This document shows, piece after piece, positions 24,001 to 37,495 of a DNA stretch of 64,000 bases. Below the pieces are notes generated by a model that saw nothing but the letters and a program-made list of their open reading frames with translations, was not told where the DNA came from and searched no databases. Source of the stretch: Tubulanus polymorphus (Eukaryota > Animalia > Nemertea); contig NC_134025.1 of the NCBI RefSeq assembly GCF_964204645.1, forward strand, positions 10,912,001-10,976,000, read 5' to 3'. The first letter of the stretch is position 1; each line of letters starts with the position of its first letter. Position numbers and translations under genes: made by a program.

Positions 24001-24748
24001 TAAAACCACACCCCTTGTTTTTTGATATTCGTAGTATTTCAATGGTAGACTTAACGCCATTCTTTGGATATGTTATATCTTCTGAAGTACAGCAAGAACT
24101 GCTGAACTTTCCAACGACAAATTCACTTCAACAGATGGGTATTGCTTCACTGGTGGATTCAGGTAAGTAAACCAAAAAATTATTTTCTTTATGCTATCAC
24201 ATCCATTCTAGAGTTAGAATAGAATTATTTCCAATGTTTGGACTCTGGATTTCCTCAAAACTGGGTTGGAACTGGGTCTGATTTAATTCTGAATTGAGCT
24301 CATTCGTACTTACTATATCTTTTATTCAGGGCTATTTCCCTTGGGAGTACTGTTTAACGATCTCAAATCAATCATCCTTGGAGGATTTCCGGAATATAAC
24401 GAATTGCTGTTGGTCGGCCGCGAACGTCTATTTCCCTTACTGTTCGGATACACATCGGCTGGCCTGAAGCAAATCATTGCGCGCAAGATTTTCCAGTTAA
24501 TCACGAAAACGGATGGACTCACGATAACCCAATTAACCGAACGAGAAGAACCAGTTGAAAGGAGTTGGCTATTGGAGTGGCTCGGCGAGCTTCATCTACC
24601 CTTGGATATTCTAATGAATTTTCGACTCGAATGTTTTCGATACCGCATGTTGTACGGGTTGAGAGAGCAGATCCTCAAAGATATTTGGACCGATACACTG
24701 CCTTTTAGTTCAGAATTTTTCGATGATTCAGACTTGGAATATTGGTGA
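21091..24748 (+). CDS. Ankyrin-repeat protein with degenerate C-terminal SOCS-box-like motif (ASB-like), ~479-513 aa
   Basis: Exons: 21091-21226, 21708-21841, 22438-22538, 22690-22784, 23148-23422, 23517-23668, an optional frame-preserving 23829-23930, 24035-24162, 24330-24748. All are GT-AG and in frame. Ankyrin motifs: TPLTVAL, LLLQYGANPN, FGADVN..ETPL, LLCENGANPN, GQTVIFRALQEGHFTVSRLLLQNGA. The C-terminus has AGLKQIIARKIFQLI...LGELHLPLDIL. Confidence 0.78.
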
Positions 24749-26685
24749 TAACATATAGGGCTTCTAAAAACACTGTATAACAATTAACTTAAGTCTACCG
24801 TAATGGAATTCATGCGTATATATTGGGTCTCCTCTTTGAAGATATACAATTTCGCCATGGATCGGTTTGTCATCCGGGTGTTCATATCATCAAAATATAT
24901 CATTGGTATCATGGATATTGAATATTCATTTTTGGCATGGGTGGTCCGGGCCAGTTTTACAGACTGGTGTAAAAACCTGGGGGCTAACTAAATTTATTTT
25001 CAATTGGACTAACCCCCTGGGTTGGGTAAATACCAATTCATAAAACCCGGCCCAGGGTATTAGACATGTACATGTATATAGTCTGTATCTTTTCCAATGA
25101 TGGGGAAATAATAAGTCTTGAAATGGGGACCATCTATATCCCTTAAAAGGAGAGTATCAGAGGTTCATTGCTTAAACCAGTGGATAGAGATCCTGGTCGT
25201 CCCAAAAAAATTTCTAAATCTAAGTATTATATATGCATACATGCTGCATTATAAAGGCTTAAGCTTTGTGTTTGTTTAAAGGGGTACTAATCTACACCGT
25301 ATTACGAAATACGGCAAATACCATACAGTCTGGATCTGCCACCATTGTATCTAGCATATTCAGGGTCTGATCTAAGCACTTTTCCGATTGCCAAGGACAA
25401 GTATTTATATTCATTAGTGCAAATACATAATCATTTGTCTTCCGGGTTAGTGCAATTTTATATCTTAAAGCTTTTTTCCCACTCGATACAACAGATGATT
25501 GTGCCACTGATCGGACTGCCTGTGTGGGGCAAACTGATTTTTTGAGGGGCAAGCAAAATTTCTGATACGCTTGCCCCATGGGGCGTACTCTATTATGACC
25601 TCCGAAGTCTCCGTCCGAAATCTCCGGTTGGCTCCACACAAAATCCAAATCACACCACCTCGACAGAAAGGAGGTTTCAGAGACTCCAAAAAGCCACGTG
25701 ACCAATTATAGAGTATGATTGGAGGCGAACGGATTCTCCGATCTGATAAAAGAGTTCGCCCTTGGGCAAGTGGCTTTTATAGATCGAACCCTGCACATTT
25801 ATTCATTGATGATTTACTGAAACTTCTATTTATTATTCCATCCATTTTTAGGCCAGCCATAGGCTGAGCCTATTACTATACAAATGGAGCGACATGGTTT
25901 CCAGAGCAAAATCTCTTTGTCTGTGCAACCTGAGCATATATCCAGTCGCTGTCTGCGCTACTTTTGTATTCTACGATTGTATTGTGTAAATTATTAGGTA
26001 TTGACTCTCAGCTGGGAGTGTCTTTTGACAAATTTAACCCACAGAATGCATCAGCATTTGCCATTTTATGAAAAGCTGATAGTGCCCCTTGAAAGTCTGT
26101 GAGCAACAAGCTGGTTTTGCCTCAGACGGCTACTTCCGTACGCCATTCCATTATATTGTTCTGTTTGTGACAGATACTTACGAGTGCAATGTGTGTTATG
26201 TACATGATATATATTTTACAGTATATGATTGATTAGATATTTCGTTTTTAAATCTCATTGTTTTTAACTGTTTTTCTACAGGGCTTTTTTTGAATTGAAT
26301 GGTGTAATGCCGCCTCTCATGAACAAAGTACAAAATAGATAACATCTGTCTCTGAAATATCACCAAGAGCACCATCAATGAATTTCCCTAGTGAAATTTG
26401 CTTAAGCTGTCACAGAAATATCGAATGTTTAAGCAGGTATCGTCTAGACCTGCAGCCCAAACCAACCCTGCAAGACATGTAGTGTATTGTGGTGAAAAGG
26501 AAGTGTCTTGTGTGTGAGTGAACTCGATTACCCATATATTTAGGGACCAATATCTCGTGGGACAGGTAACCAAACATTGGTTTCATTTAATGAATTGACT
26601 TTTCGTGATCGGGAATTCAAAATGCCAAGGGTGGTGAAAAATCAAGGGTTGACGACATTTTGAAGCCCGATGCCTAATTCCATAG

Positions 26686-26811
26686 TCAGGGGTTAGACTT
26701 AAGACCAATTTAAGACCATCTTAGTTCTATAACCAATCTAACAACTTATGGCCAGTCTTAACATTTAAGACCATTTTTGGACTTAAGTCTCAACTGAGGA
26801 ACCAGCCCCTG
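26686..26811. mobile_element. Harbinger-type MITE, same family as 115-297
   Basis: Shared core ttagacttaagacca...cttagttctata..atctaacaactta..agatttaagacca. Confidence 0.55.
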
Positions 26812-29800
26812 ATGTTTAAAAATCGGATGAACAACTGATTGATGTGTCGGCGGTTTAAGGGATTGTTATTTGTGTAAAATATGTGTGATTAACACATTCC
26901 ACACAAGTTTCTAGTATGGAGGTATACTCCAAGTGACTCCGTAGCGTTGGGACTTCACCGAGACAACTGGATACCAAGTTAAGAATCAGGGAATTTGGAG
27001 ATTTTTCCAAATGAATTATCAAAAATATTACCGACTCGAGGGATTTACAGAGTTGTCCAGTATTGGGCAAGGAGGAGTCTACTGTATACATATGCAGATG
27101 TACAAGGTAAAGATTGGGATAAGCTCTCCATCTGCAAACAGGCTTTGGAAATATAACTCGGCACCGAACACAAGAACCAGGAAGCAATTTTTCAATATAT
27201 GACAACACCATAAATTTTAATTTTCAATTCAATACATGTATACAAAAAATTTTAAAGTAGTACATATACTCCGCAATATGAATAATGTAACAATACGAAT
27301 AGCAATTGGTAAAACAACGCAAAATAAATAACACTTTTAATTTAATGATAATGAGACAAAACGCGTCCTACGTCGTAGATATATGTTTATACGCACCATT
27401 AATCACAAAATTTGCCCACGATTAAATAACAGTGGTAAAGAATAATAATAGTCAAAATGCAAAAAGTTCAAGAAGACATTGAATGTATCACATCGTTTAA
27501 ATGCTGTTTTTCATATATATACAAAACACTGAGTGAATAAACAATATTGTAGTCGATTATTCGGTCGGGAAATTGAGAGATTCAATCGCTAATCGCTACT
27601 GAACAACAATTAACATCTTCGTGATATTTCTCGAGCACGAAAAAACTACTTCAACACATCGAATCGCTACAATTTTTAAATGCTTGTGAAAATACAAACG
27701 TTTCATGCGGAATGTTAAAAGCGAGGAGGTTCAGCTCAGTCTGTTTTCAGATCTTTTGACTAGAACCCTTCCGTGATGAAATAATCGTTCAAGCAAATTA
27801 GAAAATTTTATGTATGACCAACTGTTCACCGCAATATTTTTGTGTTCCCCCTTATAATCAAGTTGTAACTATGTCCATTTTTGCTCCTGTAAGCTTTTCG
27901 CTTAAAAAAAACCCCGTTTACAGTATCCAATGGTTGAATATTAAGTCGTCACAGTAAAAAAGCACCGTATTCAAAACATTAAGTCTCTACAATCAGACAA
28001 ATATTTGTCAGAACCCAAGCACAAATTGAGCAAATTCGTCTAAAGGAAGAAATGCTTGTCCAGTAAACTACACATGATAAGTCTTGCTATACTTTGGTCA
28101 ATTTGCCCCAGTGTTCACGAGATTCATGTTAGTTTGTGTTTGTATCATGGAAACTCTATCGAGATGATAGGACCACAGTTAACTGTATCATTCTTTAGAT
28201 GAATTCTGATGAAGATATTTTTCTGAAATCTTCAGCAAGGCAACATTGATACAATAATCACAATTGAAAATCCGATTCATATGGCACAATAACGGAGAGG
28301 ATGAATTCTATAAGAAAATATAAATCATTACATAATAGCGCAAAAGGACACAATAAATTGTAGATTTTACAACATAAAGGTCACAGAAACATAGATTACG
28401 ATTTTTCACTAACAGACAGGGGCCTAGTTTTCAGAATGACTTAAGCTAACATTGTTCCTAAGTTTCATCAAGATCGACCTGCTATTAACAAAGCTAAGTC
28501 GCTGAAAGACAGACACACAGACAGACAGTATGAAAATAAGGGTCGCGTAACGGAAGCTCGAGAACCAAAAATCCCAAAAGCGGCTACAAATTAACCAAGA
28601 ATTATGGAACCAGCTTCATGCTTTTATATACTGTTTCATCAGTTGTGTTTTCTGTTAGAAAACAACACAAATGAAAAGCGAATAATGAAGATTATGTACA
28701 TCACACGCAATAACATTTAACCTGTCTTAATAACTGCTGAACAATAATAAGGCCAATTTAACATCATTTGGTTTGAGCAAAAATGAATTCGTTAGCTTAA
28801 GCATAGCCTTTCAAACAACAGATGTACTGAAATAGTCTGCACAAATTCAAGAAAATTTGTATAGAATTGAAGTAGCAATAAGATAATTCAGTAAATCTTG
28901 CCTTGCCCAAATGTAATTAACCTTTGCTGAAAACTGACTGGTGTATTTTCACATTCCCTATCGTGAAAAAAATGCTAAATAGATCTTAAACTAAATCTCA
29001 ACGGATTGCATAAATAACCCTAAATAATCTTATGTCATGTTGGCATTGTGTACAGTAAACCTTGCATCCAGTTTACGCAGTATTATGCGTCTTTACCCTG
29101 TTGTGTCTACACTACAGTTAAGGTAGATCGAAAGATCCCATTTGTTGAAGGACCGCAAGACGACCCCCAGTCACATCCGATCCATGATTTCACTCAAAAA
29201 GCTTTCATATAGACGCAACTAAGATATATCTGGTATCTGTTTGTCATGATTTGCCCGCAATTGTTGCGCATGGTTTACCGTATTTCATATTTTTTTCACT
29301 CTTTCGCCTTTTCAATAAATACCAATGAACACGCTGCAGAATGCAAGAAATGACCAGCAATATAAGAACAATGTAAATATCTCTATACACGCTTACAATG
29401 GAATATCAGTGCCCATTAAATTAACGTAGGATTGGTAGATTCGACCGATGAAAACGAAAAATGTTGAAGATATCACCGGTATTATGCTATGAAATTTTCC
29501 CTAGCTCAAAACTGCCACCGATGAGATAGATCAGCGCTTACGTTCTGCCAACATTACCACTACGAGTTATTTCTAGTGACTTGACCGATGTTTCCACTTT
29601 GGTGATCGCAATGGAATTCAAGTTAAGCCAAGTAATAGCTTTCAGATGCTGTTTTCAGATGCTGAACACGAGCGAGAAACTAGGGTTAAAACAGGCTTTC
29701 TCGAATTCAGCCGCAAAATGACTAAGTTCTTGATAGGCCTCTTCATTGCTGATTGGTTAATTCTGAACAATAAACCCATTGCTTTCGCATCCGGGCAGCT

Positions 29801-31176
29801 GTGACAATGATCCACAGCCCTTGGTGTCCCATAATAGGACGAAGTGAATGCCCCTATTGGACGTTCCGTTGAACTAAAATATTTTCCTGATTTGATCCCG
29901 TGTTCCGGTTTAAGCAGTTCGTTAATAGTTGAAACGTCCAATGAATATTAGCTCAATGAGACATTTCCGACTCCTTTTTTAACTTAGTGTTGGATTTTAT
30001 ATTGACTGATTAGGTTGAGATAATTCATAGCAGCAATCATCGTAAGGCAATGAATGTGTTAATAATGCGATAAGCCAATTTTCAAAACTTCAAGCTTTTG
30101 AAACGATTTAACAATTGTTTTTTCGCACATCGCGACAGACTAGAAGAGACTGAGGGAAAAAAACATCTATGTGTGATTATCAATTTTTAAAAACGGGGTG
30201 TAACCATAAATTCTGCCAACAATGTTTTTCACTGCATATATATACACACATATACCGGTACAAACAATATGTGTCATCTATATACAAAGGTACTGATACG
30301 CAGATTGCGAATATAAAATACCGAGACTTAAAGTCGTTACACCATATAAGAAGAGGTGATTGAATGATAAAATGTTATACATGCATGAATAGGAAACATC
30401 GAACAATGGCGGTGTACTATTTCACCATTAAAAGAACAAAAATTCTCTTTTATACAATCATCGTGATTTTTTACAATGAGCAATTTATACATTTGTTCTT
30501 TTTTTCTAATTGAAAACGAAGCCAAAACAATCCTGAGCCGGAATAGATTGGAAATCGAGAAATCCGGAACGTCGTTCCTAAGTTCTCGGTTACATTTGAC
30601 CACATAGTTAATCATCGACTCGAAAATTTCGACTCTAGCTCTCCGGCTTAAGTAGGTTCAAGACTCTTAACAATATAGTTTGCTCGAATTCTTTTTTTCC
30701 CTGAAATTTCAGAAACAATTTTCAATTCGCCCCGCTCGAGATTAACGAACAGTATTTTTTTTGTACACATTTTTCGATGACGATAGAAAACCGTGATTCA
30801 AATCGTTAAGAGAACAACGATATCAAAATATTTATGAGTGGTTTACAATTAATAAACATCGAGATTTAAATATGATATATCTTTATTGCCGCGACCTCGT
30901 CATTTTCGTCGCTCAAACAATGATTTTGCATTCGATTTATAGAACAACGTATTTCGGCAAAAGATCGGGCCTCGCGATATACCTACATATATATTAGTAT
31001 GATCCACATTTTAGTGGAAAATCATTCAAAAATCAGACCTTAAATTCGACTAATTGTTCCTACATAGAAGTTTGACGATTACGTCATATTATGAGGTATA
31101 AATGGTATAACAGTATTAATTAAGCAGTCGAACCTCGTTAGCTGTTTTGGTATTTACCGAATTACCAGTTATACCG

Positions 31177-31841
31177 TCCTCACTTGCCAGGGTTTGATTG
31201 CCGGCCGCCAAAGCTTACACCAATGCAAGCCCTGGCTGCACTTTCATTCTAGTCTATTACACCGCGCAAGATTCCTTGGGCGGACAGGTTGCCACTCAGC
31301 AGCCACCAGTCTATTTAGCTAATCAGATGCATCATTTTTCACTGGCAGATTCGTTCTAGCTAGACAACGTATCTGATTAGCTAGATATATAGCAATCAGT
31401 CCACCCACGAAATATTGGGCAGTGTAATAGACTAATGGAAGCACAGCCAGGGTTTTTGTTGGCATGAACTTCAGCCATGGTTCCCACAGTTATATGAATT
31501 CAAAATTCCCGAGCTTTTCCCAAGTATTTCATGGGTGATTTTTCAATTTTCCCAAATACAAATGAACACATATCGTCATGCTACAGTCAACATTTTAGTG
31601 GTGACTGGTTGATAAAGGTAATTTTCAAGAGAAATCGCCGAGAAAAGTTGCCCTTGGCAAATGCAATATGTGAAATGTAATGAATTTCCCAAATATTTCC
31701 CTGATTTGAGGAAAATTTTTCAAATTCCCAAATATTTCCAAACCGGGAATTATTGTCTCAAAATTCCCAAGTTTTTCCCAATTTCCCTGTTCTGTGGGAA
31801 CCATGTTCAGCAGGAGGCAATCTAACCCTGGTAAGCGAGGA
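31177..31841. mobile_element. Foldback MITE carrying a nested element
   Basis: Imperfect long TIRs tcctcacttgccagggtttgattgcc / ggcaatctaaccctggtaagcgagga, with further inverted arms (ccctggctg..tagtctattacac / gtgtaatagacta..cagccaggg). Confidence 0.65.
31476..31805. mobile_element. Non-autonomous DNA transposon with 14-bp TIR and 6-bp TSD (hAT-like), nested in the foldback MITE
   Basis: ttcagc|CATGGTTCCCACAG...CTGTGGGAACCATG|ttcagc; internal ttccc(a) repeats. Confidence 0.75.
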
Positions 31842-32702
31842 TAAATTATATTTCCAAGACTTAGTACACAGGCGAAAATGTCTATTCAACTTAGGTTAAG
31901 AAGTCATCAGATAAGTCGTCACATTACTTCAGCAGTCATTAATATTTTGGAGTCCCTATTCGTACTTCTAATTCAATATACTATCAAGGGTAGGCCTAAG
32001 TCATTATTTGGATAAGATTCAAAGTTTTTACAAAACTGTATTGTATGACGATTTCAGAGATTTCACGATTCAGCTAACAAGATTCGACTGTATCAGCAAT
32101 GATTATCATAACCATACTATTCAAACCAGATTTAGGCCCCTCCTAGAAAGAGAGCAACTGTTACAAGAGTCAAATCGATATTCATACCGGTATGTAGAAA
32201 TGAGCACATACAATCGTATTCAAAGAAATAAGGCCCAATCCGAGAATAAACGATGGATCAATTCTCAAAATCATAGCTAGCTTAAATTCTTTTCAAAATG
32301 ATGGGACTAGGGAACGAAGTCCGTTTAAACAGTAAATGCTGAATTTTTGAGCTAAATCGATAAAATTCTATGAAATCATGTAAGATCAATTACGGTGTCA
32401 CACAGTAACGCAGTTTTTGAAAGACAGTTTCGATTTAATCTCCATTTTACCTGAAGGATGATTATGTTTTCGTTTCGAATTTCCGCGATAATCGATCGAT
32501 GTTTGCCAAACGGAGAACCGGCACAGGTGATCACGAGTAAAAGAGCCGTTGGTTTGACGTATGTGAGTATCAGTTCACTTGGAACCGCCCGTTCAGACAT
32601 TTGACACTTGATCGCCATTCTTGAAATTTTTGATCGTTTGAATTCTTCATGCGTTCACAACTTAGCTTCGGAAATGGACGAACACATGAACTAAACCACC
32701 AA

Positions 32703-32943
32703 GGGCCAGTTGCACAAAAGGTGGTTAAAGATAACCGGCGGATAAATACCACAGTAACAATGCACTTATGTCAACTATTCACTGGTTACCTCTAACAAAC
32801 TTTTGAGCGACTGGTACCTAGGCTTCAGGGTCCAGTTCCACAGTTCCGAGTTAAGATTTGACTCGGAGTAAACTCATGGAAAATGAACTAACCTTAACTC
32901 AAGAGTTAACTCTAACTCACAACTGTGGAACAACTGGGTCCTG
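32703..32943. mobile_element. Two adjacent Harbinger-type MITEs downstream of the MS4A-like CDS
   Basis: GGGCCAGTTGCACAAAAG...TTTTGAGCGACTGGTAC (32703-32818) and CAGGGTCCAGTTCCACAGTT...AACTGTGGAACAACTGGGTCCTG (32826-32943). Confidence 0.55.
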
Positions 32944-33112
32944 GGCTTCAGTCATTTTTACACGTCAAAATTTCTCCTTGCAACGGTGAATGCCTGAAGG
33001 AGTAGTTCCAGGCTGATACTCGTCATTAGTGGAGGCGTCTGGTCAAAAATGCCTGGTTCCCCTTCGGCGTCGAAAAATGGTCCCGCCTAACGACGATACA
33101 GTTCAGTCTTTC

Positions 33113-33745
33113 TCAAGCCGATCGTTGCGACGTGTTGCGCTTGATCGACGAGTTGTAAACGGAAACGTCGACCGGCGCGCCGGGCGGCGAATTAGCGTAC
33201 AAGGTGACCGCCTGATAGCGCTGATTCGGACCGCCGCTGCTTGTCGTGCGACAGCACACCAGACGACAACAGTACGCCGACTCGATGATCGACGCGACGA
33301 ACTCAACCATCGCAAACACGAACATCAAACTGTAGAACGGCACGCCGCCGTTCGCTTCGTCCTCGCGGTACAACCCGAGTCCGCCGACGAGCATGACGAT
33401 CACGACGACGACCGACGAGATGATCGATATCACCATGCAGCCGATCGTCAGGCAACGGATTTTGCCGTCGCGACAACGTACGCCCAGTCCGCCGGCGATT
33501 ACGAATATGATTCCGCCCCAGATGCCCGGTGCGCCGCCGGCCACGGCGACGTGCGAATGCAACACGAGCAAGACGATGTTCGCGATTAAACACACGATGC
33601 CCGATATGATTTGCGCCACGCCGAGAATGAGATGCGCTTTCTGGTACGATTTTGGCAGGCAGAAAAAATTACAGGTCGGTAACTCTGGCTGATGCATATT
33701 TCTCTTTCGTTCCGGGTCGGATGATCGGTTGCTATCAATAATCAT
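33113..33745 (-). CDS. MS4A/CD20-like four-transmembrane protein, ~210 aa, single coding exon
   Basis: Four hydrophobic segments with family-typical motifs LGVAQIISG, GAPGIWGGIIFVIAGGLG and E..AS..ES.YCC..CC. First ATG at 33745. A pyrimidine-rich splice acceptor (cttctttttatag, minus strand) at ~33818 implies a 5' UTR intron. The ORF is GC-rich compared with its flanks. Confidence 0.8.
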   Translation of the reverse strand: MIIDSNRSSDPERKRNMHQPELPTCNFFCLPKSYQKAHLILGVAQIISGIVCLIANIVLLVLHSHVAVAGGAPGIWGGIIFVIAGGLGVRCRDGKIRCLTIGCMVISIISSVVVVIVMLVGGLGLYREDEANGGVPFYSLMFVFAMVEFVASIIESAYCCRLVCCRTTSSGGPNQRYQAVTLYANSPPGAPVDVSVYNSSIKRNTSQRSA

Positions 33746-36700
33746 TAAGTACGCGTTGTTTATTGGTGCACACACTATTGATCATCTTTTCCAATGCAAT
33801 TCTTTTCTATCTTCAGTCTATAAAAAGAAGCAAATTGCAAATCACAAGCAAATCGAAAGAATTATTTGAGTAACCTTTCATAGGCTTAGAGAACTTAACG
33901 CTCTCAGTTTCCACCACATTGCGCTGTATAAATCGATGATGGATTTTGCTAGTAAACCGCATCGCAGTGTATTGATGTAATTAGTTTTTATCTCTATTGA
34001 AAGATGGCAGTACCTGTCAAACATATGTGTAATTTTAGTAACTAACGATACACTGCGCCACGGTGTAGATGCACAGAACAGTATGCCCATTAGGCCTATA
34101 CAACACATAGGGTAAGGATTGTCATGCAGAAAACATTCGCAACATCGGTGGTCTACGATTAGACACTGTACTAGCAATATATGCTGGCCCGAAGGTTCGA
34201 ATCCTGAATTTCCTCTCATGGACTTTGAAGATTGCTGCATAAGCAAAATATCCCTTCCTATTTGGCTAGTAATAAGCGCACAACGAGCACCAAAGGCGCG
34301 AGCTGGAAGCTCCTTAAGTTAATCGCGCATATGAGGCAAATTCAAATTTTCTATATTTCTCCATACCGTCCTTCTCAAAAAGTGTAGTTTACATCCGGTA
34401 CACATGGGCATTGGCTAAATCGCGGCAACGAAAATGATGCATGGACTTTCGGACGTATGGACTGACGGATGGACTTTCGTCGAAACTAGCGGGCCGCGTC
34501 GCGCGGGTAGTTTAAACAGGCGAATGAAGGATAACAAAATGATTTTGTGTAATTCTCAGAATATTTACGAAGAATATTCACAAAATAATGTCGGAAAATG
34601 TTATTTTCAGTTCGTATTTCTCCGTAGAAACCGATTGGAAGACTGGATTCGAATCCCAAAAAAGCACAGTCCCTTAGCAACGGGTCGAATTTTTTAGAAT
34701 AACAAGTTCGCCGGTTTCACACCATCGTTAAGGGTAGAGTCCCGGAGAATAACACACGCGCGGTCCGCGTCTTACAAAATGACCGTCCCGCTACATACAA
34801 GTACTGAATAATTAGCCTAACTCAAAATTTTGCCAATCCCTGGAGTAAAATGCAGTGCGTTTTTTAACATATCTTTTCTTTTTATGTGTCTTTTACTCCC
34901 GTTTTTCAATGGTTATTCCCCTTTTTTGTGTCGAGTAAAATTCGTACCATATACCATAACAAAAAGGCTTTCAATTTGTAATCAACATTCCCAAAGCATG
35001 TTTTTTCACAAAAATGAAATTATTTGCTATTGATTACGGCGAACCATCGCTCACAGCGGATCTTCCATATGTTGGGCGATTTTCGTTGGCCACTGGCCAC
35101 ACTGAACACAGGTGCCTTCAACAAAACCTACGTTCTTTTTCACAATGTAGAATTCCATGACTGAAGAGCCACTGGCTTGCCTCTATTTATTCATTAAAAC
35201 TTAAATCTGGCTGTGCGCTTCATCAAGTTTTTTACCCTTCTTCACATGGAAATAGCCCATGAAATTGCTGGTTGAACTTGATTTGCGGTTGGTTGCCGAT
35301 ATCGATACGGTTATAGGGTTAGGGAGGCTGAGGCGAAATTATAAAATTGATGTCGTCGTCGATGTCGATGATGAAATTTTCAGAAAACAGGGAGGTGCCG
35401 TTTTTGTTACCTCAGTTCTACCACGTAGATTTTTAAGACCTCATGAAATCACAATATTCGTCGATATCTACTATCGACGCACCATATCGAAAAATGTACG
35501 AGCTCGTAGATTTGACTATTCATCCGTAATTCGCAGCATTTTGCGGGATGTATTTTTTTCACATTCTGAACCCGGAAGTAAGTGAAAAATTGTCATCCTC
35601 GGCATTCCCTAATAGCCGGTTGCGGACTTTTGTTTGGCATTTTCTACCGGCGTAGAACCAGTAATAACCAACGGATATCTGTTTACTGTCTTATATACGA
35701 ATCATTATGCATTTTCTATACGACATTTCGAAGGATATTTCAATTTCAGTGTGTAATTTTTAGCACCGGGGAAACCTAGTCCCTGCATTCGAATTAATTT
35801 CCGATTGGCCCGCGGTGTCTCGTAGGTCTAAAAAATCCTCCAGATGCATTCCTTAGCATTTAAACCAGTGAAATTAGTTCACTAAATTTAGGACTTACTA
35901 CTGGTTTTTTCAGAATTATCTGGAATAGCAGTGTTAAAGAAAAAAATATTTTTCTCAGAGGCTGGGATTCCCTGGACAAATCCGGAGACAATCTGGGCCC
36001 CACCTCGATTGCCTCATCTTTGGTCTATGGCGATACCCACGATTTTGCACACTTAATTTTTACAGCCTTGTATCTTCATCGATTCTCTCAGATTCTCAGT
36101 GTAGTGGAACTGAAAACGATTATTATCTGGTTGGGTGTAATTATACGGTTCACCAGCGAATGCACCGAAGTTTTATGGCCGTATCTGACCAATGCCATCC
36201 GCCGGCGCAGTGAATGTGAAATGACTCCGTCGAACTAACAATGACCATTAACACTCGAACACCATAAACCATAAGGACTTTACGATGCCGTAAGACACCC
36301 CGGCGTAATATCCCTGTCATAATGCTCATTTTCTGCGCCCGTATTTATAATCGTCGGGTCACGAAGAAAAAAATCTCGTAAATAACCTATCGAATGTTTT
36401 CTACGGGATAACGGGATATTTTGAGTCATCCGAGTGGCATTATTTTCCCCCGTAAAACTCTCTGACCAGGTATTTTATCACCCTGCTAGTTCGAGTTGAG
36501 TAGATTTTGCAGGACACGCGAAATCGTTTAAGGCGTTGTTTTATTAGAAATTTATGAACTCGATTCCCATGGCCATTCGCGTCCATATCATCAGCTAGTG
36601 AGCATGCATGGATGAGTTGACGTATAGCCCCTAATTCTGTGCCAATGATGGATATAATGGCGCTTTGTTTTCCTCGGAAAAAATATACACACCTCACTCT

Positions 36701-37351
36701 CACCCTACATATTAATGGCACTTTTTACCCTATAGATCTTAATTTGGTTTAGAAAAATTAAAAACAATATTCATTCTAAAATCTTGAGATATCTTATCAA
36801 CACTTTGGGATGTCATTTCAATAGTTTGATGAACTTTGGTAGGTAGGTAATTTCACGTCTCTCAAGTCTTGTTAGGTTAAATTCTAAATTCTTTAACCCT
36901 AATAATTGTTCAATTTAGTAATATTTGTTATGAATCAAGCTAAAAAATCCTAAGCGATTTGTTACAATGTAGTTGTTTTAGCAAGTTGTTCACGTTTCGC
37001 TTTTATTTAGTGTTCGAGACAGCGGATAGATGGCGATCAAGGGAATCCATGTCGTCATCGTGAGTGGAGATTTCAATATTTGGAAATATAGATCTGTATT
37101 TAGAGTCGGAAAATTATTGTTGGCATTGATAGAAGGTTTAAAGCAGCCATGTTCCAATCAGATTACATGAAAGTTGTGTGTGAATTTGATTCGAGTATCT
37201 CAAGAATCTTAAGAATGCAGTTTGGTTCAAAAGACATTCAAGGCTGCGAGCGGTTAATGTCACCAACAAGATATAAATTACGGGTGACACCATCGGACGA
37301 CACCAAATCGGGTCAACTCATCTCAACTTAAATTGAGGGACTTGAGAGACT

Positions 37352-37495
37352 GTAACTTGGCCGATTGGTTTAAGGTCGCTAGTCTCGTCAATCCGGTATT
37401 CAGTCGTGGTGGTTCGAGTCCTTCACTGGTTTCTCCTCTTGAACCCTGCGTGGCGCTCATTCGGCAGAGGAGGGTATTAGAAAAATCTAAACTTA
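37352..37495 (+). mobile_element. tRNA-derived SINE (not a functional tRNA)
   Basis: Pol III A box TGGCCGATTGG (37358-37368) and B box GGTTCGAGTCC (37411-37421), followed by a non-tRNA body and an A-rich end. No complete cloverleaf. Confidence 0.6.

Noticed and set aside
32984-32994. Partial match to miR-124 (cggtgaatgcc)
   Set aside because: The seed region is missing and no hairpin is evident.
33029-33692. Plus-strand and alternate-frame ORFs of 70-186 aa
   Set aside because: They are shadows of the GC-rich MS4A-like CDS and have no domain features.
37352-37430. tRNA gene
   Set aside because: A and B boxes are present but there is no acceptor or anticodon stem, and the sequence continues into a SINE-like body.
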